IMG/VR virus record: IMGVR_UViG_3300032280_000442
Coordinates: 224,001-288,000 of that record
DNA: 64,000 bases
From: a virus
Lineage: Duplodnaviria > Caudoviricetes
Strand: one strand, 5' to 3'
Both the position numbers and the translations under genes were made by a program. The notes under the pieces were generated by a model. The model saw only the letters and a list, made by a program, of their open reading frames with translations, searched no databases and was not told the origin of the DNA. The number at the start of each line of letters is the position of its first letter. Within the stretch, counting starts at the first letter, position 1. Positions 19,996 to 30,945 of the stretch are shown here, in pieces.

Positions 19996-20814
19996 ATGTC
20001 AGAAATAATATCAACAGCTTATTTAATGGGGGGACTTGGGAATCAAATGTTCCAAATGTCTCACGCATTATGTCAAGGTTGGAAAAATAATATCCCGACT
20101 AAATTTAGACCGTCATCGTATACTCCGATGCAAGCCAATCAACCAACAAAATATTTAGACAATATTTTCAGAAATGTTGAATTTACTAATGATATACCTG
20201 AGACAATACGAATTGAGTCAGGTTGGGGATATACACCACTTAATCCTTCTTGGTATACGTCTATAGAATTTTTTGGTTATTTTCAGAGTAATAAAAACTT
20301 TTTAGGTTATGATGAAAAAATAAAAGAATTATTCCAACCAACAGAGGAGTTCATCAATAAAGTAAAATCATTATATCCAGAAATTAATAATGATGGAACG
20401 TTATCTGTACACATTAGAAGAGGTGATTACACAACAATAAGTCACGTTCTTCCTGTTATAGATAAAACATATATCGATGAAGCAATCAGACAAAATGGTG
20501 ATTACTCAACGTTATTTATTTTTTCAGATGACGTTGATTGGATAAAACAAAATCTATCATATCCAAATCAAATTATTGTTACTGAATTAGAAGATTATGA
20601 AGAACTATGGCTTATGTCGTTATGTAAAAATAACATAATGTCAAACTCAACATTTTCTTGGTGGGGAGCGTTTTTAAATAATAACATAAATAAAAAAGTA
20701 TACACTCCAAGCCTTTGGTTTGGGCCTGCCGGAGAATATAATTTCCAAGACATATATTTAGATTCTTGGACAAAAATAAACGTAACCTATTCCGAAGGAA
20801 AATTAATTTTTTAA
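19996..20814 (+). CDS. Alpha-1,2-fucosyl/colitosyltransferase (GT11)
   Basis: GGLGNQMFQ, GYFQS, HIRRGDY, FSDD and NSTFSWWGAFL motifs. Confidence 0.9.
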   Translation: MSEIISTAYLMGGLGNQMFQMSHALCQGWKNNIPTKFRPSSYTPMQANQPTKYLDNIFRNVEFTNDIPETIRIESGWGYTPLNPSWYTSIEFFGYFQSNKNFLGYDEKIKELFQPTEEFINKVKSLYPEINNDGTLSVHIRRGDYTTISHVLPVIDKTYIDEAIRQNGDYSTLFIFSDDVDWIKQNLSYPNQIIVTELEDYEELWLMSLCKNNIMSNSTFSWWGAFLNNNINKKVYTPSLWFGPAGEYNFQDIYLDSWTKINVTYSEGKLIF

Positions 20815-20817
20815 AAT

Positions 20818-21582
20818 ATGAATTATTTACAAGGACAAAAATTTAGAGAAATATACGATAACAATAAAATTTACTATTGTGATACACACGATGTAAATTC
20901 ATTTTTTGATAATATTAATTTTACACACGATTTTGTGTTGGTATCACACAACAGTGATGGTAATATAACAGATAACCCTATTAGACATTATGACGCTGAT
21001 GTTAAAAAAATCCCTAAAAATTTAAAAAAATGGTTTGGACAAAATCTTAATTACGAATCAGAGATTATTGAGTCATTACCTATTGGTTTAGAAAATTCAC
21101 AATGGTTTCCGGAAACAAGAAAAATTGAGAAGTTATTTAACATTAATTCAACACCAAAAAATATTAAAAATTTGGTTTATTTAAATTTAAACATATTAAA
21201 TAATCCGGGTGTTAGACAACCAATTTATGATATGTTAAACGATAAACCATATGTCACAACACAATATGGTAGAAATGGTTTGGGTTATGATGAATATCTT
21301 GATAACGTATACAACCATAAGTTTATGATTTGTCCTGAAGGTAATGGGATTGATGTCCACCAGCCTTGGGAATCTTTATACGTTAACACAATTCCAATTC
21401 AAAAGAAAAATATTAATAACAGTAATTGGAGGGAATTACCAATTTGTTGGTTAGATGATTGGGAACAATTAACTGATGAAAATTTTTTAATATCAGAATA
21501 TAAAAGAATATCTGAAACAAAATTTGATTTATCTAAATTAGATTTTGATTATTGGAAGAATAAAATACAAAATTCCATATGA
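20818..21582 (+). CDS. Exostosin-like (GT47-like) glycosyltransferase
   Basis: HNSD, PIGL, KFMICPEGNGIDVHQPWESLY...IPI. Confidence 0.7.
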   Translation: MNYLQGQKFREIYDNNKIYYCDTHDVNSFFDNINFTHDFVLVSHNSDGNITDNPIRHYDADVKKIPKNLKKWFGQNLNYESEIIESLPIGLENSQWFPETRKIEKLFNINSTPKNIKNLVYLNLNILNNPGVRQPIYDMLNDKPYVTTQYGRNGLGYDEYLDNVYNHKFMICPEGNGIDVHQPWESLYVNTIPIQKKNINNSNWRELPICWLDDWEQLTDENFLISEYKRISETKFDLSKLDFDYWKNKIQNSI

Positions 21583-22628
21583 AAATAATAGTAATTGGTG
21601 CCGGTATTTTTGGTATTACAACGGCACTAACATTATCCGAAAATGGGTATGATGTGACATTAGTAGAATGTGAAAATGATATAATGACTAAAGCCAGTAA
21701 ATGTAACCACAATAGATTACATTTTGGGTTTCATTATCCAAGAAGTATTAAAACTGCAAAACAAAGTTTAGACGGATATGATTTATTTTATAATAATTTT
21801 TCAAATTCAGTATTAACTAATTTTCCAAATTATTATTTAATTGAGAAAAATGGTAAAATATCCGGTGATGAGTTTAAACTATTTTGCGATGAATTAGACA
21901 TATATTACAAAGAATCATCTCCCAATAATATTGAAGTGGATATGAGTAATATTACTTTATCAACAATAACTAATGAACCAATATTTGATTTTGAATCTAT
22001 TAAAATCGATTTATCAGAAAGATTAAAAAATTCAAAAGTTAGTCTAATTTTAAATAAAACAATAACGTCTGTTTCAGACTTATCCGGGTTTGATGTCGTT
22101 ATTAATACAACATATCGTAATATTAATAAAATTAATGAGTTGTTCAATATCGAACCCATAAAGTTAAAATTACAAGATGTTATTGTCCCAATATTTAAAA
22201 TGAATTCTGATAAGATTGGTTTAACAATTATGGATGGTGAGTATTGTACTATTATGCCAAAAGGGTTTGAAACGAATACTTTTTTATTATACCACGTAAA
22301 ACACTCGGTTCTTAAACAAATTGAGGATTATGTGATTCCAAATAATTGGGTTAATAATGACCCGGAGTATATTAATAACAAAATAAATGAAATATACGAA
22401 TCTTCAAAAACTTACTACCCATTCTTAAAAGATTGTGAGAAAATATCATATTGGAGAACAGTTAGAGCATTACCAATTAATGATGACGATGAACGTTTAA
22501 GTACGTTAACTCTTAATAACGTTGGTGATAAAAAAATAATAACATTATTGTCAGGTAAAATAACAACTTGTTGGTTAATGTCTGAAAAAATATTAAAAAT
22601 ATTAAATGAAAACACTACTAATAGGTAA
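21579..22628 (+). CDS. FAD-dependent oxidoreductase
   Basis: VIGAGIFG Rossmann motif; NHNRLHFGFHYPRS; SGKIT. Confidence 0.85.
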   Translation: MKIIVIGAGIFGITTALTLSENGYDVTLVECENDIMTKASKCNHNRLHFGFHYPRSIKTAKQSLDGYDLFYNNFSNSVLTNFPNYYLIEKNGKISGDEFKLFCDELDIYYKESSPNNIEVDMSNITLSTITNEPIFDFESIKIDLSERLKNSKVSLILNKTITSVSDLSGFDVVINTTYRNINKINELFNIEPIKLKLQDVIVPIFKMNSDKIGLTIMDGEYCTIMPKGFETNTFLLYHVKHSVLKQIEDYVIPNNWVNNDPEYINNKINEIYESSKTYYPFLKDCEKISYWRTVRALPINDDDERLSTLTLNNVGDKKIITLLSGKITTCWLMSEKILKILNENTTNR

Positions 22629-23373
22629 CGGATACTGGGGGTCGATAGTGCAGTCTAAATTAATAACTCAAACTGATTTACTCTACGTTGCAAACTCTAA
22701 AGATAATATTGACGATATTTTAAATAAGTTTGATGTTGATTATGTTTTTGTTTGCACCCCAACTGACACACACTACGATATTGTTAAAAAATGTCTTAAT
22801 CACCATAAAAACGTTTTTTGCGAAAAACCTTTTACCGGTGATTTCGATAAAGCAAAAGAATTATATGAAATATCTGAAAAAAATAATGTAAACATTTTTG
22901 TTGATAATATTTTTCTATATCGATATGAATTTATTAATATACAAAACACCGCATTCAGTAATATTAAATTTATATGGAATAAATACGAAAATATATTTAA
23001 CGAAAACTTATTAAACAGATTACTTTACCACGACTTATATTTATTATTGAATTTATCAAATAACGGGTGGAACATTAAATCGTGTAATATTTTTGATGAC
23101 AGATTATCATTATCGTTAATTAACAACGATTTAACTTCCGAATTTAATTATAATAGAAGTTGTAAAGATAAAAAAGAAAAAATATTAATTTTAGATAATC
23201 ACATCGTAGATTTTTCAGAACCGTTAAATGACCCATTATCAGAAATAATTAATAATTTACAAAATAATAAGATTAACCTTGAGGTTAATAAAAATATAAC
23301 CCTAAACACAATTAAACTTTTAAACAAAATACAAAATGAATGCTTACTACACACATCAAGACACATTAAATAA
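22606..23373 (+). CDS. Gfo/Idh/MocA family oxidoreductase
   Basis: IGNGYWG, CTPTDTH, VFCEKP and HDL motifs. Confidence 0.85.
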   Translation: MKTLLIGNGYWGSIVQSKLITQTDLLYVANSKDNIDDILNKFDVDYVFVCTPTDTHYDIVKKCLNHHKNVFCEKPFTGDFDKAKELYEISEKNNVNIFVDNIFLYRYEFINIQNTAFSNIKFIWNKYENIFNENLLNRLLYHDLYLLLNLSNNGWNIKSCNIFDDRLSLSLINNDLTSEFNYNRSCKDKKEKILILDNHIVDFSEPLNDPLSEIINNLQNNKINLEVNKNITLNTIKLLNKIQNECLLHTSRHIK

Positions 23374-23875
23374 AATTTTAGAATCTTTCGATTATTCAAC
23401 ACCAATTCACTGCCTTGAATTTGGTTCAGGTGATGGTAGTTCTTCTGTTTTTCATACTTTTGCACAATCTAACCCAAATTTAACTGTGGATTGTTTTGAA
23501 CACGAGGAAAGTTGGTTAAATAGTATGTCAGAAAAATATAAATTAAACAATTATAATTTTAATGTAGTCGATTGGTCAACAATGAATTATGATGATTTAA
23601 AAATTAAAAATTATGATTTAATTTTTGTGGACCAGGGAGATTGGGATGCCAGATTAGTTACGATAGACAAAATGAAAAATAATGCTAAGTATATTATATT
23701 ACACGACTATTGTTATTATAATGGTTTTGGTCCCGGAATGGTACATTCGCCAGATATGGATTTTAATAACGTTGGTGAAGGTTCTTTTTTCCATAAATAT
23801 AGTGTTGATTTTGAAGTTACCGGTGTAACCGAATTATTCCCACCAACATTAATTTTAAAATCTAAAAATTTATAA
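23336..23875 (+). CDS. Class I SAM-dependent methyltransferase-like protein
   Basis: CLEFGSGDGSS, YDLIFVD and ILHD motifs. Confidence 0.7.
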   Translation: MNAYYTHQDTLNKILESFDYSTPIHCLEFGSGDGSSSVFHTFAQSNPNLTVDCFEHEESWLNSMSEKYKLNNYNFNVVDWSTMNYDDLKIKNYDLIFVDQGDWDARLVTIDKMKNNAKYIILHDYCYYNGFGPGMVHSPDMDFNNVGEGSFFHKYSVDFEVTGVTELFPPTLILKSKNL

Positions 23876-24687
23876 TGATATCGGTTTATTTAAATGGCCG
23901 GTTAGGCAATAACTTATTTCAATACGCTTTTTGTAGAATATCGTCAATTAAAAAAAATTGTAATTTTTACATACCAAAAAATCGAGAAGAATCAATTTCT
24001 TTTTATGGTTATTGTTCACAAAAAACATCTCAATATTTAGAGATGTCTTGTGAATCAAACCCACATTATTGGACCGGTGAAAAATTATTTACCATCGATT
24101 ATGGAATCAATGACGGACATATATATAAATCAATTGGTAACACAAATGTTGAAAACGTTACAGATGGAACATTATTAGTAGATTTTTATCAATCAGATTC
24201 ATATCTGTTAGAATATCGAGACATTATCTTGAATGATTGGTATAAATTTAATGAAAGTATTGTTGAAGAATCTAAAGAATTACTTAATAGGTACAATGTT
24301 GATGAATATTGTTATATACATTTAAGAGGTACGGATTACAAAACTATTCCACAATATTTTTTACCCATTAATTATTATTTGAAAGCAATCGACCATATAA
24401 AAGAATTGAACCCAAATATTAAATTTTTAGTTATAACCGATGATGTTGATGAGGGTAAAAAAATGTTCCCCGAATTTGAGGTTTTAAGTAACTCAACAGA
24501 AATTGATTTTTATTTAATTTCACAATCTAAATACAAGATAATTCCAAACTCATCTTTTTCTTGGTGGGCATCTTGGTTATCACAAAATAATAAAATAACA
24601 ATAGCGCCAAATAATTGGTTCAACTATAATAGTGGTGACACATTCTCACCACCCGGAATAAAAACATCTTTTTTTACTTATATTTAA
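23875..24687 (+). CDS. Second GT11 alpha-1,2-fucosyl/colitosyltransferase
   Basis: GRLGNNLFQ, HLRGTDY, ITDD and NSSFSWWASWL motifs. Confidence 0.85.
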   Translation: MISVYLNGRLGNNLFQYAFCRISSIKKNCNFYIPKNREESISFYGYCSQKTSQYLEMSCESNPHYWTGEKLFTIDYGINDGHIYKSIGNTNVENVTDGTLLVDFYQSDSYLLEYRDIILNDWYKFNESIVEESKELLNRYNVDEYCYIHLRGTDYKTIPQYFLPINYYLKAIDHIKELNPNIKFLVITDDVDEGKKMFPEFEVLSNSTEIDFYLISQSKYKIIPNSSFSWWASWLSQNNKITIAPNNWFNYNSGDTFSPPGIKTSFFTYI

Positions 24688-24688
24688 T

Positions 24689-25600
24689 ATGTTAATACTT
24701 ACACACATTGGACTTCAACTACCTGAGTATTTGAATACGTTTTTAACACAAGTTAGAAAATTTAATAATAACTATGATATCGTTTTTTTGGTTAACCAAG
24801 TTAATTGTGAAAACGAAATATTCAAAACACATAATGTTAAAACTTACCCAATTGAGGAATTAATTACCGATAGGGTTAATAATTTTATTAATAATTTTGG
24901 TTATGGTAACATTAATACTGTACACCAAAATATTCTTTATGGTGCCCCTGATTATTGGTGTGTTACCGCAGCAAGGTTGTTTTTTATTTATGAATATTGT
25001 TTAAGGAGCAATGTTAGTAAATTTTTTCATTTTGAAAATGACATTATGTTATACGAAAATTTAAATACTATTGAAAATTTAATTGTTAAAAATAGTTTGT
25101 ATCATAATCAAATTTCTATAACAAGAGGTACTAACAATAAAATTATGACCGGATTTATGTATGTGGATACTTTAGAATCTTTTAATCATTTATTGACTGA
25201 AATAAATCACTACTTAGAATCTAAATTAGATTTATTTTCGTTTGGTATCGACCATTTAAATGAAATGGGATTACTTCACATATATCAAGTAAACAACCCC
25301 GATAAATTAATTAATTTACCAATAGCCCCAAATAATAATTTAACAACAGATTTTGAATTTTATCAGTCCGTTTTTGACCCGGCCACATATGGTCAATTTC
25401 TTGATGGAACACCAGGGTCTCCGGGTGTTAGTCTAATACCGGATAGTATCATTGGGACCGAATTTAGTTATTCAAATATACCAATAACATTTGAAGTTAT
25501 TGATAATTTAAGAATACCATTCGTGAGTTATAATAACAATAGATATAAAATAAATTCTTTACATATTCACTCAAAAAGATTAAACTTATTTCTAAGCTAA
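24689..25600 (+). CDS. Putative glycosyltransferase
   Basis: RLF, HFEND, NEM, FDPATYGQFLDG and LHIHSK motifs; located inside the glycan cluster. Confidence 0.6.
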   Translation: MLILTHIGLQLPEYLNTFLTQVRKFNNNYDIVFLVNQVNCENEIFKTHNVKTYPIEELITDRVNNFINNFGYGNINTVHQNILYGAPDYWCVTAARLFFIYEYCLRSNVSKFFHFENDIMLYENLNTIENLIVKNSLYHNQISITRGTNNKIMTGFMYVDTLESFNHLLTEINHYLESKLDLFSFGIDHLNEMGLLHIYQVNNPDKLINLPIAPNNNLTTDFEFYQSVFDPATYGQFLDGTPGSPGVSLIPDSIIGTEFSYSNIPITFEVIDNLRIPFVSYNNNRYKINSLHIHSKRLNLFLS

Positions 25601-25611
25601 AATAAATTAAA

Positions 25612-26376
25612 ATGAAAAACTACGACATAGTAATTGTATCCCACGAAAAAGATTTCAATAATATTAAATTTATTGTTGAGTATTCTCAAAAAAACTTAAA
25701 GTTTGATTCAATACACTTAATTTTAAGTGAAAGAAAAGAATTCACCGATTTAGAATTGATAAAAACTTTAACAGATAAACCTGTATTTTTACATTTAGAA
25801 AGTAATATTTTAAAGGTTGATAAATCAAGAATTAACCATAGACCAAATTGGATTTATCAAATGTTGTTGAAAATTTTCCAAGATGTTACATTAAACGATG
25901 ATTTTTTAATTATTGAGTCTGATTGTTTAATACTTAAAGAAATTAACTTTTTTGAGGAAGATAAAACAACTTTATATTTATGTCGAGACCAACACCACAC
26001 ACCATATTTTAACTTTAATAATTTATTAGGATTTGGAAGAGAATATAACCATTCATTCATTTCTGAATTTATGATGTATAATAAACAAATAGTAAAAGAT
26101 TTGTTAAATAAATCAAATTGTAAAGATGTTAATGATTTTTTAGAAATTATATATAATAATGTGAATGGGGATTGTTATCCAGCCGATTACGAATTATATG
26201 GTAATTTTTGTATTAAATATCATAGAGATAAAGTAGATGTGAAACATTTAAACTATAATTTTTTTGGGAGAGAATCCACACATAACCCATTTTGGACTGA
26301 CTCAGAAATAATTGAATTAATTAATAGTAATTTAGATAAAGAAGTTATAAGCTTCCATACTTGGGGAGAAAATTAA
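25612..26376 (+). CDS. Putative glycosyltransferase (DUF6492-like GT-A)
   Basis: WIYQMLLK, IESD, SFISEFMM and DYELYG motifs. Confidence 0.6.
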   Translation: MKNYDIVIVSHEKDFNNIKFIVEYSQKNLKFDSIHLILSERKEFTDLELIKTLTDKPVFLHLESNILKVDKSRINHRPNWIYQMLLKIFQDVTLNDDFLIIESDCLILKEINFFEEDKTTLYLCRDQHHTPYFNFNNLLGFGREYNHSFISEFMMYNKQIVKDLLNKSNCKDVNDFLEIIYNNVNGDCYPADYELYGNFCIKYHRDKVDVKHLNYNFFGRESTHNPFWTDSEIIELINSNLDKEVISFHTWGEN

Positions 26377-26380
26377 AATT

Positions 26381-27166
26381 ATGACACTTAAACCTTCGTT
26401 AATAATAGGTAATACGTCTCAATTAAGTTATTATTTCCCCGATACTTTTGAAAAAATATCATCTAGAAATATTGAATTTGATAGAGTTTGTTCACAACAA
26501 TATGATAAAGTTTTTTTGTTGTTTGCAGAACAAAGGACTTTTTTAAATGAGTCTGAGGATTTTTTTGTAAAAACTAATGTTGATTATACTATAGAGGTTA
26601 TTAATAAATTTAAAGATATCTCAAATAAAATCATCATTTATTCAACATCAGAATTGTGGAACAAATATGATGGATGTATATCGTTAAAAGATAGTTACAA
26701 TTATAATTATTCCCCATACATTAAATCAAAAGAAATCCTTTGTAATTACATTAACAATAATAGAGACATTTATCCTAACGTAATTATTATATACCCATTT
26801 AATTTCAATTCAGTTTATAGAAAAGAAGGATTTCTTTTTGGTAAAATATTTGATTCAATATTAAATAATAAAAAAATATCTATCGGAGATATAAATTTTA
26901 ATAGAGATTTAACCCACCCAAAAAATATTGTAGACATTTCATTAAAGGTTAATGAGGATTGCATTATTGGTTCCGGAGAATTAATTAACGTCCAAAAATT
27001 TATTGAGGACATATTTGCAAAATTAAATAAAAACATTATAGATTACATTGAATATGATGATTCTAATAATCTAAAAACAAAAAGAGGTGGATATTATTGT
27101 TGTGATAAAACAATTGATTATGATGACCTCATTAACTTAACAATTAAAGACATATATGAGTATTAA
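26381..27166 (+). CDS. NAD-dependent epimerase/dehydratase-like (SDR) protein
   Basis: STSE, SPYIKSK (YxxxK), FNFNS and RDLTH; GMD-like with a degenerate Rossmann motif. Confidence 0.7.
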   Translation: MTLKPSLIIGNTSQLSYYFPDTFEKISSRNIEFDRVCSQQYDKVFLLFAEQRTFLNESEDFFVKTNVDYTIEVINKFKDISNKIIIYSTSELWNKYDGCISLKDSYNYNYSPYIKSKEILCNYINNNRDIYPNVIIIYPFNFNSVYRKEGFLFGKIFDSILNNKKISIGDINFNRDLTHPKNIVDISLKVNEDCIIGSGELINVQKFIEDIFAKLNKNIIDYIEYDDSNNLKTKRGGYYCCDKTIDYDDLINLTIKDIYEY

Positions 27167-28307
27167 ATTAGTAAAAGACACGATTGATTTTGATGATATC
27201 AACAAGTTAATAGAATGGTTAAAAACTAACCCAAGATTAACTAAAGGAGAATTAACTACGACTTTTGAAGATTTGTGGTCTAAATGGTTAGGTTGCAAAT
27301 ATTCGGTATTTGTTAATTCAGGGTCATCAGCTAATTTGGCTGCAATATATTCATTAATATTGTCAGGTAAATTAAAAAACAATAAAATTATTGTACCAGC
27401 AGTATCTTGGGTTACAACTGTAACACCTGCAATACAATTAGGTCTAACACCTATTATGTGTGATTGTGATATGGATAATTTAGGATTAGACATTAATCAC
27501 TTAAAAACTTTAATTAAAGAAGAAAATCCTTCTGTTATTATTTTAGTTCACGTATTAGGGTTTCCAAATCATATGTCTGAAATAATTGAATTATGTAAAG
27601 AAAATGATATTTTATTAATTGAAGACACTTGTGAATCAATAGGTTCAAAATATGATGAAAAACATTTAGGAACTTTTGGTGATTTATCTACGTTTTCTTT
27701 TTATTTTGGACACCATATGTCAACAATAGAAGGTGGTATGATATCAACTGATGACGAAGACTTATACCATATTTTACTATCCATTAGGTCACACGGGTGG
27801 GATAGAGACTTACCTATATCAAAACAAAAAGAATTACGTGAAAAATATAAAATTAATGATTTCAAATCATTATACACTTTTTATTATCCAGGATTTAATT
27901 TACGAGCAACAGACTTACAAGCATTCATTGGGATTCAACAAATGGGGAAATTAAATGATATTGTTGAAGGTCGAAATAAAAATTATTTGAGATATCAAGA
28001 AGGTATTAATAATAGTTTTTGGAATGTGAAACCAACAAGTAATTCTTATGTATCAAACTTTTCTTACCCAATAATCACAAAAAATCTTGATAAATTAATA
28101 TCTGAGTTACAAAATAATGATATTGAATGTCGACCTTTAATTTGTGGGTCAATAAATGAACACCCGTTTTGGTATGAAAGATATGGTAAACAAGAATTAC
28201 CAAACTCAAAATTAGTTCACGAATATGGTTTATACTTACCTAATAACCACCAAATGACTGAAGAAGAAGTGACTAAAGTAATTAAAATTGTTAACGAGAA
28301 TATATGA
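27156..28307 (+). CDS. colD: PLP-dependent GDP-4-keto-6-deoxy-D-mannose 3-dehydratase (ColD-like; DegT/DnrJ/EryC1/StrS family)
   Basis: NSGSSAN, VPAVSW, EDTCES, SFYFGHHMSTIEGG (His in place of the catalytic Lys), RSHGW and ECRP; 383 aa with no Fe-S insert. Confidence 0.75.
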   Translation: MSIKLVKDTIDFDDINKLIEWLKTNPRLTKGELTTTFEDLWSKWLGCKYSVFVNSGSSANLAAIYSLILSGKLKNNKIIVPAVSWVTTVTPAIQLGLTPIMCDCDMDNLGLDINHLKTLIKEENPSVIILVHVLGFPNHMSEIIELCKENDILLIEDTCESIGSKYDEKHLGTFGDLSTFSFYFGHHMSTIEGGMISTDDEDLYHILLSIRSHGWDRDLPISKQKELREKYKINDFKSLYTFYYPGFNLRATDLQAFIGIQQMGKLNDIVEGRNKNYLRYQEGINNSFWNVKPTSNSYVSNFSYPIITKNLDKLISELQNNDIECRPLICGSINEHPFWYERYGKQELPNSKLVHEYGLYLPNNHQMTEEEVTKVIKIVNENI

Positions 28308-29206
28308 GAAAATTATTAGTAACCGGTGGTAATGGTTTAGTTGGTTCTTCCATTATCTCTGATGTAAAAATTGGTAAACAATATGACTTAAGAAATATTG
28401 AAGAAACCAATAAAATGTTTGACTATTATAAACCAACTCACGTTATTCATTGTGCTGGAAAAGTTGGTGGTGTTAGTGCCAATATGGATTATAAAGGAGA
28501 ATTCTTTTATGATAACATAATGATTAATACTAATGTTATTGAATCGTGTAGATTACATAACGTTAAAAAATTAGTATCATTTTTATCCACTTGCGTATTT
28601 CCAGACAATATTGAATACCCTATTACAGAAAAAAAGATTCATTTAGGAGAACCTCACTTTTCAAATTATCCATACGCCTACGCTAAACGAATGGCTGATA
28701 TTCAAATCAGGGCTTACCGAGAACAATATGGGTTAAATTATGTTTCAGTTATACCAACAAACATATATGGACCAAATGATAATTTCTCACTTAATTCAGG
28801 TCACGTAATACCAATGTTACTACATAAAATGTATAACGCTCAAAGAGACAATACGGATTTTGTTGTTTGGGGTAGTGGAACACCATTAAGAGAATTTATT
28901 TATTCTAAAGATGTTGCTAAATTATCTGAATGGGCTTTAGACAATTATGATGAATCCGAACCAATAATATTCAGTAATTCTGTTGAAATTAGTATTATGG
29001 ACTTAGTTGACTTATTAGTAAAAGAATTTAACTTTAAAGGGAAGGTAGTATTTGATAACTCAAAACCGGATGGACAATTTAGAAAACCATCCGACAATTC
29101 AAAATTAAAATCATATTTACCTAATTTTGAATTTACCCCAATTGAAAAGGGATTAAAAGAAACAATAAATTGGTTTATAGAAAATTATGACAAAACAAGA
29201 AAGTAA
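28304..29206 (+). CDS. fcl: GDP-L-fucose synthase / ColC-like epimerase-reductase
   Basis: GGNGLVG, AGKVGG, LSTCVFP, YAYAK, PTNIYGPNDNF and WGSGTPLREF motifs. Confidence 0.92.
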   Translation: MRKLLVTGGNGLVGSSIISDVKIGKQYDLRNIEETNKMFDYYKPTHVIHCAGKVGGVSANMDYKGEFFYDNIMINTNVIESCRLHNVKKLVSFLSTCVFPDNIEYPITEKKIHLGEPHFSNYPYAYAKRMADIQIRAYREQYGLNYVSVIPTNIYGPNDNFSLNSGHVIPMLLHKMYNAQRDNTDFVVWGSGTPLREFIYSKDVAKLSEWALDNYDESEPIIFSNSVEISIMDLVDLLVKEFNFKGKVVFDNSKPDGQFRKPSDNSKLKSYLPNFEFTPIEKGLKETINWFIENYDKTRK

Positions 29207-30176
29207 AATAGCACTAATCACTGGGATTAATGGTCAAGACGGTTCTTATCTTGCAGAATTCTTATTAGAAAAAGGATATGAAGTTCACGGAACTTTAAAA
29301 CGAAATTCAGTATCAGAAAATCAAACATCAAGATTGGATAAAGTATACGATAAAGTTAAATTACATTACGCTGATTTAACCGACCTATCATCATTAGTAC
29401 GTGTTATTAGTGAGGTTAAACCGATTGAAATCTATAATTTAGCCGCTCAATCACACGTAAGAATATCTTTTGACCAACCATTATACACCGCAAATGTTAC
29501 GGGGATAGGAACTTTAAATGTTTTAGAGGCAGTCAAATTATTAAACCCATCTATTAAAATTTATCAAGCATCATCATCAGAAATGTTTGGAAATTCAATT
29601 GATACGGATGGATATCAAAGAGAAACTACACCATTGAATCCCGTATCACCTTACGGATGTGCCAAAGTTTTTAGTTATAATATTTGTCGTAATTATAGAA
29701 ATTCATATGGAATGTTTATTTCAAATGGAATATTATTCAACCACGAATCACCAAGAAGAGGTACTAACTTTGTAACTAATAAAGTTTGTAAAGAAGCCGT
29801 TAAAATAAAACTTGGATTATCCAATGAACTTAAACTAGGTAACTTAGATGCCACTCGAGATTGGGGACACGCAAAAGATTATGTTAAAGTAATGTGGGAG
29901 ATTCTTCAATTGGATAAACCTGATGATTTTGTATGTGCAACAGGAATATCACATTCAGTACAAGACCTATGTGAGTATGTTTTTGGAAAATTAGATTTAG
30001 ATTGGGAATTATATGTAAAACAAGACGAGAAGTTTTTAAGACCGGAAGAATTACATAATTTAAAAGGTGACCCATCAAAATTAGTAAAAGCGACGGGATG
30101 GACTCACGACTATACTTTTGAGAGTATGTTAGACGAAATGATTGAACATTGGTTAACATATTATAAACAACAATAA
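29187..30176 (+). CDS. gmd: GDP-mannose 4,6-dehydratase
   Basis: ALITGINGQDGSYLAE, NLAAQSHV, QASSSE, SPYGCAK, FNHESPRRG and RDWG motifs. Confidence 0.96.
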   Translation: MTKQESKIALITGINGQDGSYLAEFLLEKGYEVHGTLKRNSVSENQTSRLDKVYDKVKLHYADLTDLSSLVRVISEVKPIEIYNLAAQSHVRISFDQPLYTANVTGIGTLNVLEAVKLLNPSIKIYQASSSEMFGNSIDTDGYQRETTPLNPVSPYGCAKVFSYNICRNYRNSYGMFISNGILFNHESPRRGTNFVTNKVCKEAVKIKLGLSNELKLGNLDATRDWGHAKDYVKVMWEILQLDKPDDFVCATGISHSVQDLCEYVFGKLDLDWELYVKQDEKFLRPEELHNLKGDPSKLVKATGWTHDYTFESMLDEMIEHWLTYYKQQ

Positions 30177-30183
30177 TTTTAAA

Positions 30184-30945
30184 ATGGCTGAACAGCGAAA
30201 AAGAAAACCAACAACAACTCCCACTCCGGAGGTAACAGGTAAACCGGTAAGTAAAAAAGATTTAATTACTCAGATTATTAAAAGAAAAACTAAAGAAAAG
30301 TTTTTAACTATAAATCAAAAAAAGTATTATGATACTTTAATAGATAGTGAAATAACAATTTGTTCCGGGCCAGCGGGTGTTGGTAAAAGTTACATAACAA
30401 TGAAAGCAGCAATTGATTTACTTTCGGACCCAAAAACACCTTACGAAAAAATAATTATTGTTAGACCGGCCGTTGAAGCCGAAGAAAAATTAGGTTCATT
30501 ACCAGGTAACGTAGAAGAAAAATTAGACCCATATATTTTCCCCTCTTATTATTTATTAAATAAAATTATTGGAAAAGAGTCTAGAGAAAAATTAAAAGAG
30601 ATTGAAGTTATCGAAGTATTTGCATTAGCGTTTATGAGAGGTATGAACATTGATAATTCTATTTTAATATTTGAAGAAGGTCAAAACGCATCTCCAAGTC
30701 AAATGAAACTTCTTTTAACAAGAATTGGGTTTAATAGTAAATTCTTTATTTCAGGTGATGTTGAACAATCAGACAAATATAAAAACAAAACCTTAAGTGG
30801 TTTATGGGATGCAATTGAAAAATTTAGAGATGATGATTATGTATCAACATTTGAATTTAAAGATAAAAATGATATTGTAAGAAACCCATTAATTAGTAAG
30901 ATATTACGTAAATACGACAACGAACCGGATGAGAATAGCAATTGA
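30184..30945 (+). CDS. phoH: PhoH-like ATPase
   Basis: GPAGVGKS, RPAVE..EKLGSLPG, FMRG, EEGQN, LTRIG, GD..QSD and DIVRNPL motifs. Confidence 0.92.
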   Translation: MAEQRKRKPTTTPTPEVTGKPVSKKDLITQIIKRKTKEKFLTINQKKYYDTLIDSEITICSGPAGVGKSYITMKAAIDLLSDPKTPYEKIIIVRPAVEAEEKLGSLPGNVEEKLDPYIFPSYYLLNKIIGKESREKLKEIEVIEVFALAFMRGMNIDNSILIFEEGQNASPSQMKLLLTRIGFNSKFFISGDVEQSDKYKNKTLSGLWDAIEKFRDDDYVSTFEFKDKNDIVRNPLISKILRKYDNEPDENSN

